64,000 nucleotides of DNA from Oribacterium sinus (GTDB taxonomy: Bacteria; Bacillota; Clostridia; Lachnospirales; Lachnospiraceae), in contig NZ_CAUTEG010000003.1 in assembly GCF_963537195.1 (NCBI RefSeq), forward strand, positions 1,890 through 65,889, given 5' to 3'. Shown in pieces: positions 1 to 9,206 of the stretch. Made by a program: the position numbers and the translations under genes. Each line of letters starts with the position of its first letter. Positions within the stretch are counted from its first letter, which is position 1. Under the pieces are notes generated by a model. That model had not been told where the DNA came from, searched no databases, and saw only the letters and a list, made by a program, of their open reading frames with translations.

Positions 1-73
1 TCCCTCTCTTTTATGCTATGATAGTCTTCGTTTATCAGGGAAGCATTTTCCCTCCCAAAAGAAAGGAGCAGTC

Positions 74-250
74 ATGGATATCCCCAAGGATCCTTTTATC
101 TTGCTTAGTTTCATCAATCTGAAATTAAGGGATGAATACAATAGTTTAGAAGATTTGTGCTTGGATTTACAGCTGAATAAAGATGAGCTTTGCCAAAAAT
201 TACAGGCGGCAGGCTTTGAATATCAAGAAAGCCAAAAGCAATTTCGTTAA
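74..250 (+). CDS. small DUF4250-like protein (58 aa)
   Basis: ORF is below the track cutoff. ATG at 74, TAA at 248-250, GAAAGGAG RBS at 61-68. Translation MDIPKDPFILLSFINLKLRDEYNSLEDLC... resembles the DUF4250 small-protein family. Confidence 0.55.
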   Translation: MDIPKDPFILLSFINLKLRDEYNSLEDLCLDLQLNKDELCQKLQAAGFEYQESQKQFR

Positions 251-269
251 GATAGCCTAAGGAGGTTTT

Positions 270-716
270 ATGCGTTGTTTAGTACAAAGAGTGAAAGAAG
301 CCAGTGTTTCCGTTTCGGGAAATGTCATCGGAGCCATTGAGAAGGGCTATCTGATTCTTCTTGGGGTAAGCCAGACCGATACGGAGGAAGTGGCGGATAA
401 GATGCTGAAAAAGGTTTTGGATGCCCGTCTTTTTGAGGATGAAAATGGAAAAACCAATCTTTCCATTCGGGATGTTTCCGGATCCCTTTTGGTGGTGAGC
501 CAGTTTACCCTCTATGCGGATACCCGTCGGGGAAACCGTCCAAGCTTTATCAATGCGGGAGCACCTGACCATGCCAATGCCTTATATGAGTATTTTTGTA
601 AAAAGGCGGAGGAACAGGGAATGCCTCTTGCCCATGGGCAGTTCGGTGCGGATATGCAGGTTGCTTTAATCAATGATGGTCCCTTTACCATTATGTATGA
701 TAGTGAGGCGCAATAG
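270..716 (+). CDS. dtd: D-aminoacyl-tRNA deacylase
   Basis: 148 aa. MRCLVQRV...[17 protein letters not shown]...PFTI is typical of Dtd. Confidence 0.95.
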   Translation: MRCLVQRVKEASVSVSGNVIGAIEKGYLILLGVSQTDTEEVADKMLKKVLDARLFEDENGKTNLSIRDVSGSLLVVSQFTLYADTRRGNRPSFINAGAPDHANALYEYFCKKAEEQGMPLAHGQFGADMQVALINDGPFTIMYDSEAQ

Positions 717-733
717 CCGAAAAGGAGTTCCTT

Positions 734-946
734 ATGAATACTTTGCAAAAAGAGGATAATTGGGACTTCTCCAAAGAAATTCTTGACGACTTGCTTCGAC
801 AAGGTTTCACGGGAGAAGAGCTTGAGAAGCAATTTTATGCCATAAAAAATGAAATTCCAAATGGCATAAAAGCTATGCTTCATGAAGCACAGCTGGTGGC
901 TGAAGGTAAAGCGGAATTTCAAAGCTATGAGGATATATTTGAATAA
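734..946 (+). CDS. hypothetical small acidic protein
   Basis: 70-aa ORF 18 nt after dtd, with an AAAGGAG RBS and a terminator hairpin downstream. No family recognised. Confidence 0.5.
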   Translation: MNTLQKEDNWDFSKEILDDLLRQGFTGEELEKQFYAIKNEIPNGIKAMLHEAQLVAEGKAEFQSYEDIFE

Positions 947-953
947 GCCAAAA

Positions 954-998
954 GCAGCCGGAGAGAATTCTGCTTCCCTCCGGCTGCCTTTTTCATTT
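954..998. terminator. bidirectional intrinsic terminator
   Basis: GCAGCCGGAG (954-963) pairs with CTCCGGCTGC (978-987). T-runs follow on both strands, and the site lies between convergent genes. Confidence 0.7.
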
Positions 999-1080
999 TC
1001 ATGTCTAAATTTTATTTTTCTTTCTCTTTTTCGACCGGGCTTTAAACATTTTTAAAACCCTTTCACCAAAGCCCCAATCC

Positions 1081-1935
1081 TTACTCTGCCGCCTTGATTC
1101 CCTCTGCTACAGAAACTCTGGCGCGAAGAGAGGTGCTGTAGGTCACCACTACAGGCTTCCCAACATTTTCCGTAGCGGTCTTATTCACCTCCGCGTTACC
1201 GTCTGTGGTGAAACGGAAGCTGTGGCTGTCATCGCACTTTAAGGTAACGATGTTCCCGTCTACCTTCTCGATGGTTCCCTTAATCTGAAGGTTGTTGGCC
1301 TCTTCCTCTTCCAGCGCATCCTCGGTAATGGTATAGAAAGCCAACGGATTGTTCTTCACATCTCCCAGGTAGTAAATGCTGATTTCCTTGCCAACGCCCA
1401 AGCCTTCCTTTGTAAGATCCAGCTCAAATGCCGGTCTTTGGAAAACGAAGGTGTCGCCGTACTTCTTGCCTTCTGTATCCTCTCCCTGGGTAGCCGCCTC
1501 ACGGAAGTCGGGAATTTCCTTTACGGTAATGCTCTTGTCGTCCACTGCGGTGATTTCGCCGTAAAGATTGGACTCGTCATTGAAATCCTCTGTAGTAAAC
1601 TCGTAAGGAACGGATACGCTTACCGTTTTAATCGTCATGCCGTCCTGAGGCTCTGTGCCCTCATAGCCGATCTCCACCTCGTCTCCTGCCATAAGATCCC
1701 AGGTAGGATCCAGCTTAGCGCCCTTGCTGTCAAAGGTGTAAACCTTTCCTTCTCCGGTTTCTACCGTTAACTTTCCTTCTTCAATCTTCTGTATCTTGGC
1801 ACTAAGACTATTCTCCGATAATGCTTCAGAGCTGGGCTCCTCTGCTGCCGCCTTTGATTCCTGGCTTGCCTTCTTTCCACAGCCTGCTGCAAAAATCATA
1901 AGTCCTGCCATGGTAATCAAAATCGCTTTTTTCAT
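1081..1935 (-). CDS. hypothetical lipoprotein
   Basis: Start refined to MKKAILITMAGLMIFAAGC (lipobox), preceded by AGGAGGA. The track ORF extends to 1974. Confidence 0.75.
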   Translation of the reverse strand: MKKAILITMAGLMIFAAGCGKKASQESKAAAEEPSSEALSENSLSAKIQKIEEGKLTVETGEGKVYTFDSKGAKLDPTWDLMAGDEVEIGYEGTEPQDGMTIKTVSVSVPYEFTTEDFNDESNLYGEITAVDDKSITVKEIPDFREAATQGEDTEGKKYGDTFVFQRPAFELDLTKEGLGVGKEISIYYLGDVKNNPLAFYTITEDALEEEEANNLQIKGTIEKVDGNIVTLKCDDSHSFRFTTDGNAEVNKTATENVGKPVVVTYSTSLRARVSVAEGIKAAE

Positions 1936-2269
1936 AGTTGTCCTCCTACTGTATTTCCGCTTCTTTACGGTCAAATGCAGAAATGTCTACTGTTCCGCCT
2001 TTGGGAACATTTTCATACTAACAGATAGATGGGAATATAGTATTGCCTTTTTCTGTCTTATTTCTTAAAGAATACGAAGAAAATGCAGGGAATTCCACAT
2101 CTTTTTCATGATTTTTTCTAAAGCTTATCTCTTCCTGACGTGCAGAGCTATCCCTCTTTGGTGACGATGGTTTTAGAAACCGTGCAATTCTCTTCCTGAA
2201 ATGCAGGGATATCCCGCTTCTCCTTGACGGAGGAAGACGTTTATCGGATTTTCTTCCCTACGCATAAGA

Positions 2270-3535
2270 CTATTCTTCTCTCTCGTAGAAAATCATGTCC
2301 TTAATTTCACTGGGCAAATACTGCTGTTCCACATAGTGTCCCGGATAGTCGTGGGGATATTTATAGCCTATGCCCCGTCCCAGCTGCTCGTGCCCTGCGT
2401 AGTGGGCATCTTTTAAATAAGAAGGAATGGGCAAATTCCCTTTTTCCCGAACCACTTCGTTAGCGGACATAATGGCCTTTACACAGGCATTGGACTTTTT
2501 GGCAGAAGCCACATAGGTACAGGCTTGGGACAAAATGATTTGGGCCTCCGGCATGCCGATTCTCTCCACCGCAAGGCTGGCGCTGGTAGCCAAAACCAAG
2601 GCTTGGGGATCCGCATTTCCCACATCTTCCGATGCGCAAATCATGATTCGTCTGGCAATAAAGCGGATATCCTCTCCGGATTGCAACATTTTCGAAAGAT
2701 AATATACCGCCGCCTGAGGGTCCGAGCCTCGCATGGATTTGATAAAGGCGGAAATGGTGTCATAATGCTCCGACTCCCCGTCATAGCGAAGAAGCTTCTC
2801 CTGCATACATTCCGCCACCACCTCCTTAGTGATGCGGATTTCCCCGGTTGCAGAAGGATTGGTACTAAGAATCGCAAGCTCCAAAGCATTTAAGGCAACT
2901 CTGGCATCTCCGAAGGCATGCTCTGCCAAAAAGGTACAAGCCTCTTCCTCCAGCACCGCATTATAATTTCCCATTCCCCGAGTCTTATCCTGTGTCGCCG
3001 TTTGCAATAGCTTTACAATATCTTCCTTCTTTAAAGAATGCAATTCGAAAAGCTGGGAGCGGGAAAGCAGGGCGGTATTCACCTCAAAGTAGGGATTCTC
3101 CGTGGTTGCCCCGATCAAAATGATGGTGCCCTCCTCCACATGAGGCAGGAGATAATCCTGCTGCGCCTTGTTAAAGCGATGAATCTCGTCTACGAACAAG
3201 ATAGTTTTTCTGCCGTAGCCTCCCATGTTTTCCTTGGCTCTTGCCACCGCCTCTTCCATGTCCTTCTTTCCGGCGGTAGTGGCATTGATGGGGATAAAAT
3301 CCGCCTTGCTACTGTTGGCAATTACCTTGGCAAGAGAGGTTTTCCCCGTTCCCGGGGGTCCGAAAAAAAGAAGAGAATGCAGCTGGTCTGAGCGAATCAG
3401 ACGGGATAAAAGCTTATCCTTTCCTAAAATATGCTCCTGCCCCACCACTTCCTCCAAGCTTCTTGGCCGCATTCTGGCGGCTAAGGGCGCCATCTTCTCT
3501 TTATTTTTCTCTGCCTGGTAGCTAAAGATATCCAT
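2270..3535 (-). CDS. rarA: replication-associated recombination protein A (AAA ATPase)
   Basis: Walker A GPPGTGKTS, Walker B VDEIHRF, and a MgsA C-terminal region. Start refined to MDIFSYQ. Confidence 0.92.
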   Translation of the reverse strand: MDIFSYQAEKNKEKMAPLAARMRPRSLEEVVGQEHILGKDKLLSRLIRSDQLHSLLFFGPPGTGKTSLAKVIANSSKADFIPINATTAGKKDMEEAVARAKENMGGYGRKTILFVDEIHRFNKAQQDYLLPHVEEGTIILIGATTENPYFEVNTALLSRSQLFELHSLKKEDIVKLLQTATQDKTRGMGNYNAVLEEEACTFLAEHAFGDARVALNALELAILSTNPSATGEIRITKEVVAECMQEKLLRYDGESEHYDTISAFIKSMRGSDPQAAVYYLSKMLQSGEDIRFIARRIMICASEDVGNADPQALVLATSASLAVERIGMPEAQIILSQACTYVASAKKSNACVKAIMSANEVVREKGNLPIPSYLKDAHYAGHEQLGRGIGYKYPHDYPGHYVEQQYLPSEIKDMIFYEREE

Positions 3536-3780
3536 GCTTATCCTTTCTTTTTGAGATGCAATACTGTTGAAATAAACTGCTTTGCAAAGCAAAGTGATTG
3601 ATTAATATACTGCTATAATTTGTACTTCTAGGCTTTATTGTAGCTTGCTCCCCTTGCTTCCACAAGCTTATCTTCCTAAGCTGATTTGTTGCTGGTTGAG
3701 TGTCCTTGTGTAGTTAATCTCCTCCTTAATCTGAAGCTTCGTCTATAGAATCACCCCAAAGCTCCTACTTTTGATTTGAC

Positions 3781-3908
3781 ATCAACATTTGGGAAGGATA
3801 AAATGTTGATGTATCAACATTTTAGAAAGAAAAAATATCCATTCATCAACATTTTAGAAGGTAAAAATATCCGTTTATCAACATTTTAGAATAAAAAACA
3901 TCAAGTCG
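3781..3908. repeat. palindrome plus three 32-bp tandem repeats (ATCAACATTTTAGAA core)
   Basis: ATCAACATTT (3781-3790) and AAATGTTGAT (3801-3810) form an inverted repeat. Direct units start at 3813, 3845 and 3877. Confidence 0.8.
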
Positions 3909-4012
3909 ACAATATTGGGGGAAGATTTCAAGCTTTTTATAGAACAGCCATAGATTTCCCTCACGAAATTTCATTCCAAAATGTGGCTATATTTGCAAAA
4001 GAGGAGCAAAGA

Positions 4013-5314
4013 ATGTTAAAGAGAAAAGTGATGAGTCAATTGTGGAATTGGAAAAAACAGGAAAAGAAAAAATCTTTATTGGTTCTTGGGGCAAGGCAGG
4101 TGGGAAAGACCTATGCCGTTCAAGCATTTGGGAAATCCGCGTATAAAGAGATGCTGTATATTAATTTCAAAGAAAGCAACTCCGATCGCTCTATTTTCAC
4201 CGGAGATTTAACTGTTGCTTCCATGATTACCGCCATGCGCTTTCGCTATCCCAACTTACAATTTATCCCGGGAGAAATCCTCATTTTCTTAGACGAAATT
4301 CAGGAGTGTCCGGAAGCTATCACTTCTTTAAAATTCTGGACCTTGGATGGGCAGTTCGATATTATCGCCTCCGGTTCCCTCCTTGGCATAGATTACCAAA
4401 GAGCCTCTTCCTATCCGGTAGGATATGTAGAGTATTTGCGAATGTTCGGCTTAGACTTTGAAGAGTTTTTATGGGCAAAGGGTATTCAGGAAGATCTGAT
4501 TTCTGATTTAAAAACTCTCTTTATAAGGAAGACACCGGTAGCCGAAGCTATTCATAATACCATGATGTCCTATTTACGAGAATATCTCGCCCTGGGAGGA
4601 ATGCCCGAAGTCTTGGCAAACTTTATGGAACATCAGGATTTTCGAATCGCAGATCAAATACAAAAAGAGCTTTTGATGGGCTTTCGTTATGATATTGCCC
4701 ACTACGCTCGGTCTGATGAAAAAGTCAAAGCGGAAAAATGCTTTTTATCTTTAGGAAGGCAAGTTCTGGACAAAGAAAATCATAAATTTCAATACAAGGA
4801 AGTGGAAAAAGGAGGAAGGGCACAGAAATTTTATTCCAGCATTGACTGGCTCTTTTCGGCAGATATGGTCTCCCTTTCTAAATTAGTGACAGACGTGCAG
4901 TACGATCTCTCCGACTATGCCAGAGAGGATTTTTTTAGAGCCTACACTACAGATTTATCTTTACTGATTGCCATGAAAGATTTCGGTTTGAAACAGCATA
5001 TTATCGAAAATACCCTCCTGGCCAATACAAAAGGAGGCTTATATGAATGCCTAATAGCGGATATGCTCATCAAAAAAGAACTCCCCCTTTATTTTTACAA
5101 AAACGAAAGTAGTAAAAAAGAAATTGACTTTTTAACACAAAAAGATGGAGAAATTTGGGCTATCGAGGTCAAAAGCGGACAGAGTAGAGCAAATTCTTTA
5201 AACCGGCTGATAAATCAGAAGCATGTTTCCAGAGCTTATAAATTTCATGACGGAAACATTGGCGAAGAAGGAGGCGTTCTATCTATGCCCCTCTATATGG
5301 CGATATTTTTATAA
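4013..5314 (+). CDS. AAA-family ATPase with DUF4143-type C-terminal domain
   Basis: Walker A GARQVGKT and Walker B FLDEIQ, in a COG1373-like architecture. Start refined to the ATG at 4013 after GAGGAG. Confidence 0.85.
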   Translation: MLKRKVMSQLWNWKKQEKKKSLLVLGARQVGKTYAVQAFGKSAYKEMLYINFKESNSDRSIFTGDLTVASMITAMRFRYPNLQFIPGEILIFLDEIQECPEAITSLKFWTLDGQFDIIASGSLLGIDYQRASSYPVGYVEYLRMFGLDFEEFLWAKGIQEDLISDLKTLFIRKTPVAEAIHNTMMSYLREYLALGGMPEVLANFMEHQDFRIADQIQKELLMGFRYDIAHYARSDEKVKAEKCFLSLGRQVLDKENHKFQYKEVEKGGRAQKFYSSIDWLFSADMVSLSKLVTDVQYDLSDYAREDFFRAYTTDLSLLIAMKDFGLKQHIIENTLLANTKGGLYECLIADMLIKKELPLYFYKNESSKKEIDFLTQKDGEIWAIEVKSGQSRANSLNRLINQKHVSRAYKFHDGNIGEEGGVLSMPLYMAIFL

Positions 5315-5331
5315 GAAGGGAAGGAAAATGT

Positions 5332-6513
5332 ATGTGGTGGGAAGAATGCAAAAGTATAGAAGCAAAGATTATTGCCATGCGAAGGGACTTGCATAAAATA
5401 CCGGAGCTTGGCTTTCATTTGCCAAAAACACGAGAGTATGTTACTCATCAATTAGATGAAATCGGCATTCCCTATCGGCTTTCTGAAAAGGACAGCAGTA
5501 TTATCGCTACTTTAAAGGGAAAGCATCCCGGAAAAGTCTTGGCTCTACGGGCGGATATGGATGCCCTGCCCATAACAGAAGATACTGAGCTCCCCTTTTG
5601 TTCCGAGCATAAGGGTTGTATGCACGCCTGCGGTCATGATGCCCACACGGCTATGCTGTTGGGCGCTATACGAGTTCTCTATCCCCATCGAGAGGAGCTG
5701 AGCGGAGAAATTCGTTTTCTCTTTCAAACCGCTGAAGAGCAGGCAAAGGGGGCTACTGTTTTGCTGGAAAAAGGCGCTTTAGAAGGGGTAGATGCCATTT
5801 TCGGCATGCATATCGGAAGCATCTTAGGCAAGGATATTCCCAGTGGTACTATAGTCTGTGTCCCCGGCCCGGTAATGGCGTCCTATGATCGTTTTATCCT
5901 GGAGGTGCAGGGTGTGGGGTGTCACGCCTCCACTCCGGAGAAAGGCATTGACCCCATCAACATTGCCGCCCATATTGTATTGGCTTTGCAGGCGATTCCC
6001 TCCAGAGAAATTGCCGGAACGGAGCCTGCCATTCTCACCATCGGCCTGATTCATGGCGGGGAACTCTATAACGCCATCCCTTCCGGCGTACGGATTGAAG
6101 GCACCACCCGGGCATTTCAGGAAGATGTGCGGCAAAGACTGGCCAAGCGTATCAAGGAAGTTTCAGAAAATACTGCCAAGGCCTTTGGAGGAAGCGTAAG
6201 CCTCACCATGGACTTCGGTGCACCGCCTGTTACCAATGATTCGGATTTGACTGCATTGGCGCAGGGCTGCCTCAAAGAAGTTTTTCAGGATAAGCTCCTG
6301 ACCCACATAGACAAGCCCAGTATGATCGGAGAAGACTTTGCCCTATACCAGCAGAGCGTTCCGGGATGCTTTTTGTTTTTAAGCTCCTCCAATCCGGAAA
6401 AGGGAACCGATTACCCCCACCACCATGCCAAGTTTACCGTGGATGAGGATGTTCTTTGGAAGGGAAGCGCTGCTTTCGTGGCTCTGGCGGAAGTTTTTCT
6501 AAAAGGACAATAA
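5332..6513 (+). CDS. M20-family amidohydrolase (N-acyl-amino acid amidohydrolase-like)
   Basis: 393 aa with HACGHDAH and GEDF motifs typical of M20D enzymes. Confidence 0.9.
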   Translation: MWWEECKSIEAKIIAMRRDLHKIPELGFHLPKTREYVTHQLDEIGIPYRLSEKDSSIIATLKGKHPGKVLALRADMDALPITEDTELPFCSEHKGCMHACGHDAHTAMLLGAIRVLYPHREELSGEIRFLFQTAEEQAKGATVLLEKGALEGVDAIFGMHIGSILGKDIPSGTIVCVPGPVMASYDRFILEVQGVGCHASTPEKGIDPINIAAHIVLALQAIPSREIAGTEPAILTIGLIHGGELYNAIPSGVRIEGTTRAFQEDVRQRLAKRIKEVSENTAKAFGGSVSLTMDFGAPPVTNDSDLTALAQGCLKEVFQDKLLTHIDKPSMIGEDFALYQQSVPGCFLFLSSSNPEKGTDYPHHHAKFTVDEDVLWKGSAAFVALAEVFLKGQ

Positions 6514-6618
6514 TCACCTTAAATCTTTGATTTTATAAATTTTAGCTCTGTTACCACATAACGTAAAACTCATAAACGAGATACCGCACACTACGCGAGC
6601 GATACTCGTTAAAAATGC

Positions 6619-6668
6619 AAAAAGCGACTTCCTTGGGAAAATCCCTTAGAAGTCGCTTTCTTTATTCT
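6619..6668. terminator. bidirectional intrinsic terminator
   Basis: AAAGCGACTTC (6621-6631) pairs with GAAGTCGCTTT (6649-6659), with T-rich tails on both strands. Confidence 0.7.
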
Positions 6669-6672
6669 TACC

Positions 6673-7059
6673 TTATCGCCAAGTAATAGGCTTGGTTCTA
6701 TCCGGAATTATCTCAATCCAGTATCCATCCGGATCTTCGATAAAATAAATTCCCATGCCGTGATTCTCAAAACAAATGCATCCCATCTTTTCATGCCGGT
6801 CATGGGCCGCACCGATATCCACAGTCCTAAGAGCCAAATGGAACTCCTGCTCTCCCAAGTCATAGGCTTCTGTTCTATTCTTTAGATAGGTTAACTCCAA
6901 ACGAAAATCCGTAGAATCATCTCCCAGATACACGATGATAAAATCATCCTGCTCATTTCTGCTTAATTCATGTAAGTCCAGAGCTTCCTCATAAAAGCGC
7001 AAACTTCTCTGCAGATCCAGTACATTAAAATTAAAATGATTAAATGAAAAATCGCTCAT
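6673..7059 (-). CDS. VOC-family protein (glyoxalase I-like)
   Basis: FNHFNFNVLDLQRSLRFYEEAL...ELTY...YFIEDPDGYWIEI. Start refined to MSDFSF. Confidence 0.85.
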   Translation of the reverse strand: MSDFSFNHFNFNVLDLQRSLRFYEEALDLHELSRNEQDDFIIVYLGDDSTDFRLELTYLKNRTEAYDLGEQEFHLALRTVDIGAAHDRHEKMGCICFENHGMGIYFIEDPDGYWIEIIPDRTKPITWR

Positions 7060-7227
7060 TGCTTCCCCTTTTCCGTTGTCCTTCAACTAATCTGTCTGTC
7101 CATCTCCGCAAGTGTTTCCTTAGGATAACAGAGAAAAACTTCAATGACAAGGAATTCTCCAAAGAATAAAGAGAATTTTAGAAACAAATAGGAGAAACTA
7201 ACGGGGCTATCAAAGGGACTTTCTATA

Positions 7228-8142
7228 TTAAGCCTTCTTTAGGAAGATATGCTCCAAAAATCTCAGGCAGGCATAGATGGTAAAGCCTGCGGCAATGATG
7301 GTTTCCAGTAAAACCACCGGCTGCATGAAGGCAAGGCTCATTCCCATTTTCCCTAAAACCATCACGCTTTGCTTTGTAGCAATAGCGGAAATAACGAAGG
7401 GGAAGGTGAAGGCTGCATAGCTTGGGTAGAAGGGGAGCTTCAGGAAGGAAATGCTCTTTACCAGGGCAAAAAGGTAAATCACTGAGGTTGCTGCCAGTAA
7501 GAAGAGTACAAATCCCTGATTCTTCTCCGCAAATGCCTGATTATAGCCGGCAGTGCAAAGAGCCATAGGTGCTGCATAGATCATCATTAAAGGCTTTGCA
7601 GGTTCCGGTACCGGCATTTTCAGATAACGTTTCGAAACCACCACCAAAAGAATCAGCAGGGCGATAAAGCCGAAGTAAAAGATTCCCTGTCCCAAAGCCT
7701 GCATTTTATAAGCAGGAGAAGTAAGGGATGCCACTACGATTCCCACATAAACGATGTACCATACTGTATGGACATTTTTCTCCTCAAAGTGTAAAACGTA
7801 GGTCTTGGTGAAATAGAGAAGTAAAAGAATCTGTAGCAGGATGGCTACACACCATAAGGGAAAGGCAATGCCCGGAACAAAGGGCTTTGCATACACGGAA
7901 AACAGCATTAAAGCCATGGGGAAAGTGGCGGTAACACCGGCGCCAATGGGATTGCTGAATTCTTCTTTGAGTACTTGCGGAAAGAAAATCGCCTTACACA
8001 GAAGAAGAAGGAGCAGTACAAAGGCTACTCCTCCAAAAATCAGGCGAATCCCCTCACCGTAGGACTGTAATAAATTTCCCAAAGCCGCCATTCCCAAAAT
8101 CACACCGGAAATAGCCAAGGGCACTCTTTTGATTTTTTCCAT
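7228..8142 (-). CDS. TDT-family (TehA/Mae1/SLAC1-like) transporter
   Basis: 304-aa polytopic membrane protein with an N-terminal PLAISGVILGMAALGNLL signature. Confidence 0.8.
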   Translation of the reverse strand: MEKIKRVPLAISGVILGMAALGNLLQSYGEGIRLIFGGVAFVLLLLLLCKAIFFPQVLKEEFSNPIGAGVTATFPMALMLFSVYAKPFVPGIAFPLWCVAILLQILLLLYFTKTYVLHFEEKNVHTVWYIVYVGIVVASLTSPAYKMQALGQGIFYFGFIALLILLVVVSKRYLKMPVPEPAKPLMMIYAAPMALCTAGYNQAFAEKNQGFVLFLLAATSVIYLFALVKSISFLKLPFYPSYAAFTFPFVISAIATKQSVMVLGKMGMSLAFMQPVVLLETIIAAGFTIYACLRFLEHIFLKKA

Positions 8143-8151
8143 ACTTCCTCC

Positions 8152-8703
8152 TTATACCACTTCTTTTACAGGTGGAAGGTAAGGTGCTTCCAGACCCTTA
8201 ATAGGCTCGGAATCAACATTTTCAACTCCTAACTCTCTGCAAAGAATCTCTGCAACCTTTCCGGCGCAAAGTCCTGTGAAAGCAATACACTGCTTCTTAT
8301 GCTCTCCACCTGCCATATCAAAGCCTCTGGTAAGAACACGGCAGCAAGCGGCATGCTTAGCGTTGGAGTCTCTGAACCAATCGTGTAATTCCTTGGACAA
8401 TGCCATTAAAGCATTTACCTTTGGATCCTTAGGTCCGTCCGGTGTTGTTCTACCGAAGAACATACCAAGGGCAAGGATTCCGCCGTTTAAAGCTCCGCAC
8501 ATACAGCCGGAACGACCTGCTCCGATAGACATACCGGAAGACATGGCAATAACGGACTCCGGAACATCAGCCTGGAAAGCGTCACGGATTACGGACATTA
8601 CCGCCTCACAGCAGAAATATCCGCCGGCATACTGCTCCTCTGCCTTTCTCTGTACTTCCTGAGGGCTTACCTTCGTTGCATGATAAGTAACAATAGACTC
8701 CAT
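8152..8703 (-). CDS. C_GCAxxG_C_C family protein
   Basis: CCEAVM...GRSGCMCGALNGG...CC pattern. Start refined to MESIVTY after AAGGAGA. Confidence 0.85.
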   Translation of the reverse strand: MESIVTYHATKVSPQEVQRKAEEQYAGGYFCCEAVMSVIRDAFQADVPESVIAMSSGMSIGAGRSGCMCGALNGGILALGMFFGRTTPDGPKDPKVNALMALSKELHDWFRDSNAKHAACCRVLTRGFDMAGGEHKKQCIAFTGLCAGKVAEILCRELGVENVDSEPIKGLEAPYLPPVKEVV

Positions 8704-8788
8704 GTTTTTTCTCCTTTTATGACGTCTTTCCAACATTGAATTCAGTAAACAGAATCTCCCTGAAGAAATTTCTTTCGCTTATCGGGAT

Positions 8789-8836
8789 AAAAAAAATTTC
8801 CCTTCTGATAGGCTCTTTCCGGTCTATGAAAGGAAA
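8789..8836 (-). terminator. leader terminator/attenuator upstream of the C_GCAxxG-TDT operon
   Basis: On the minus strand, the imperfect hairpin TTTCCTTTCATAG...CTATCAGAAGGGAAA is followed by T8, about 85 nt upstream of the start codon. Confidence 0.4.
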
Positions 8837-9099
8837 ATGTTTTACGCTCACTTCTGTTTCTCGGAAAAGTGATTTTGAGGAAAGACAATGATGAGTATTC
8901 TTCTCCGACCGCATCTATTTTATCTAAGGGAATGGTTAAAGTCTAATTTTGAATTCTTATAAAACTCTCTGTTCTATGCGTTTTTACTATAATTAAGCTT
9001 TAAGATATATTGTATAAACTTTCTTTTCTTATGCATAAGACCTTTTTCTTTTCTTTCTGACTCCTTTTGGGAAAATCCTTATATTTCCCCATAGACAGC

Positions 9100-9125
9100 A
9101 AAAAACCCGGCGTTTCCGTCGGGTT
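9100..9125 (-). terminator. intrinsic terminator
   Basis: Minus strand reads ACCCGACGGAAACGCCGGGT followed by TTTTTT. Confidence 0.8.
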
Positions 9126-9200
9126 CTCTGCTGTATAGAGTAGTAAGGGTCGATTAAACCTGTTCGCCAATTTTTAGGTCGAATCCTTATCAATTCGAGT
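9100..9200 (-). ncRNA. candidate ~100-nt sRNA or cis-regulatory leader
   Basis: Bounded by a consensus sigma-A promoter (9207-9235) and a strong terminator (9100-9125). No ORF and no recognised RNA family. Confidence 0.45.
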
Positions 9201-9206
9201 AAGGCA

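Noticed and set aside
279-922. Antisense ORFs 279-572 and 512-922 opposite dtd and the following small gene
   Set aside because: They are shadow ORFs on the opposite strand of a confidently identified gene, with no RBS and no recognisable family.
9140-9165. Resemblance of UUGGCGAACAGG to part of the ZTP (pfl) riboswitch
   Set aside because: The other conserved pfl elements, a CGGGGAGC-type segment and the CCGCCUGGGC pseudoknot partner, are absent. The resemblance rests on my memory of a short string only.
9131-9200. tRNA-like T-arm (AGGTCGAATCCTTA, GGGTCGATTAAACC) suggesting a tRNA gene or att-site remnant
   Set aside because: I could not fold an acceptor stem, D-arm or anticodon arm. The stems are only 3-4 bp. 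On the minus strand the region fits the candidate sRNA better.
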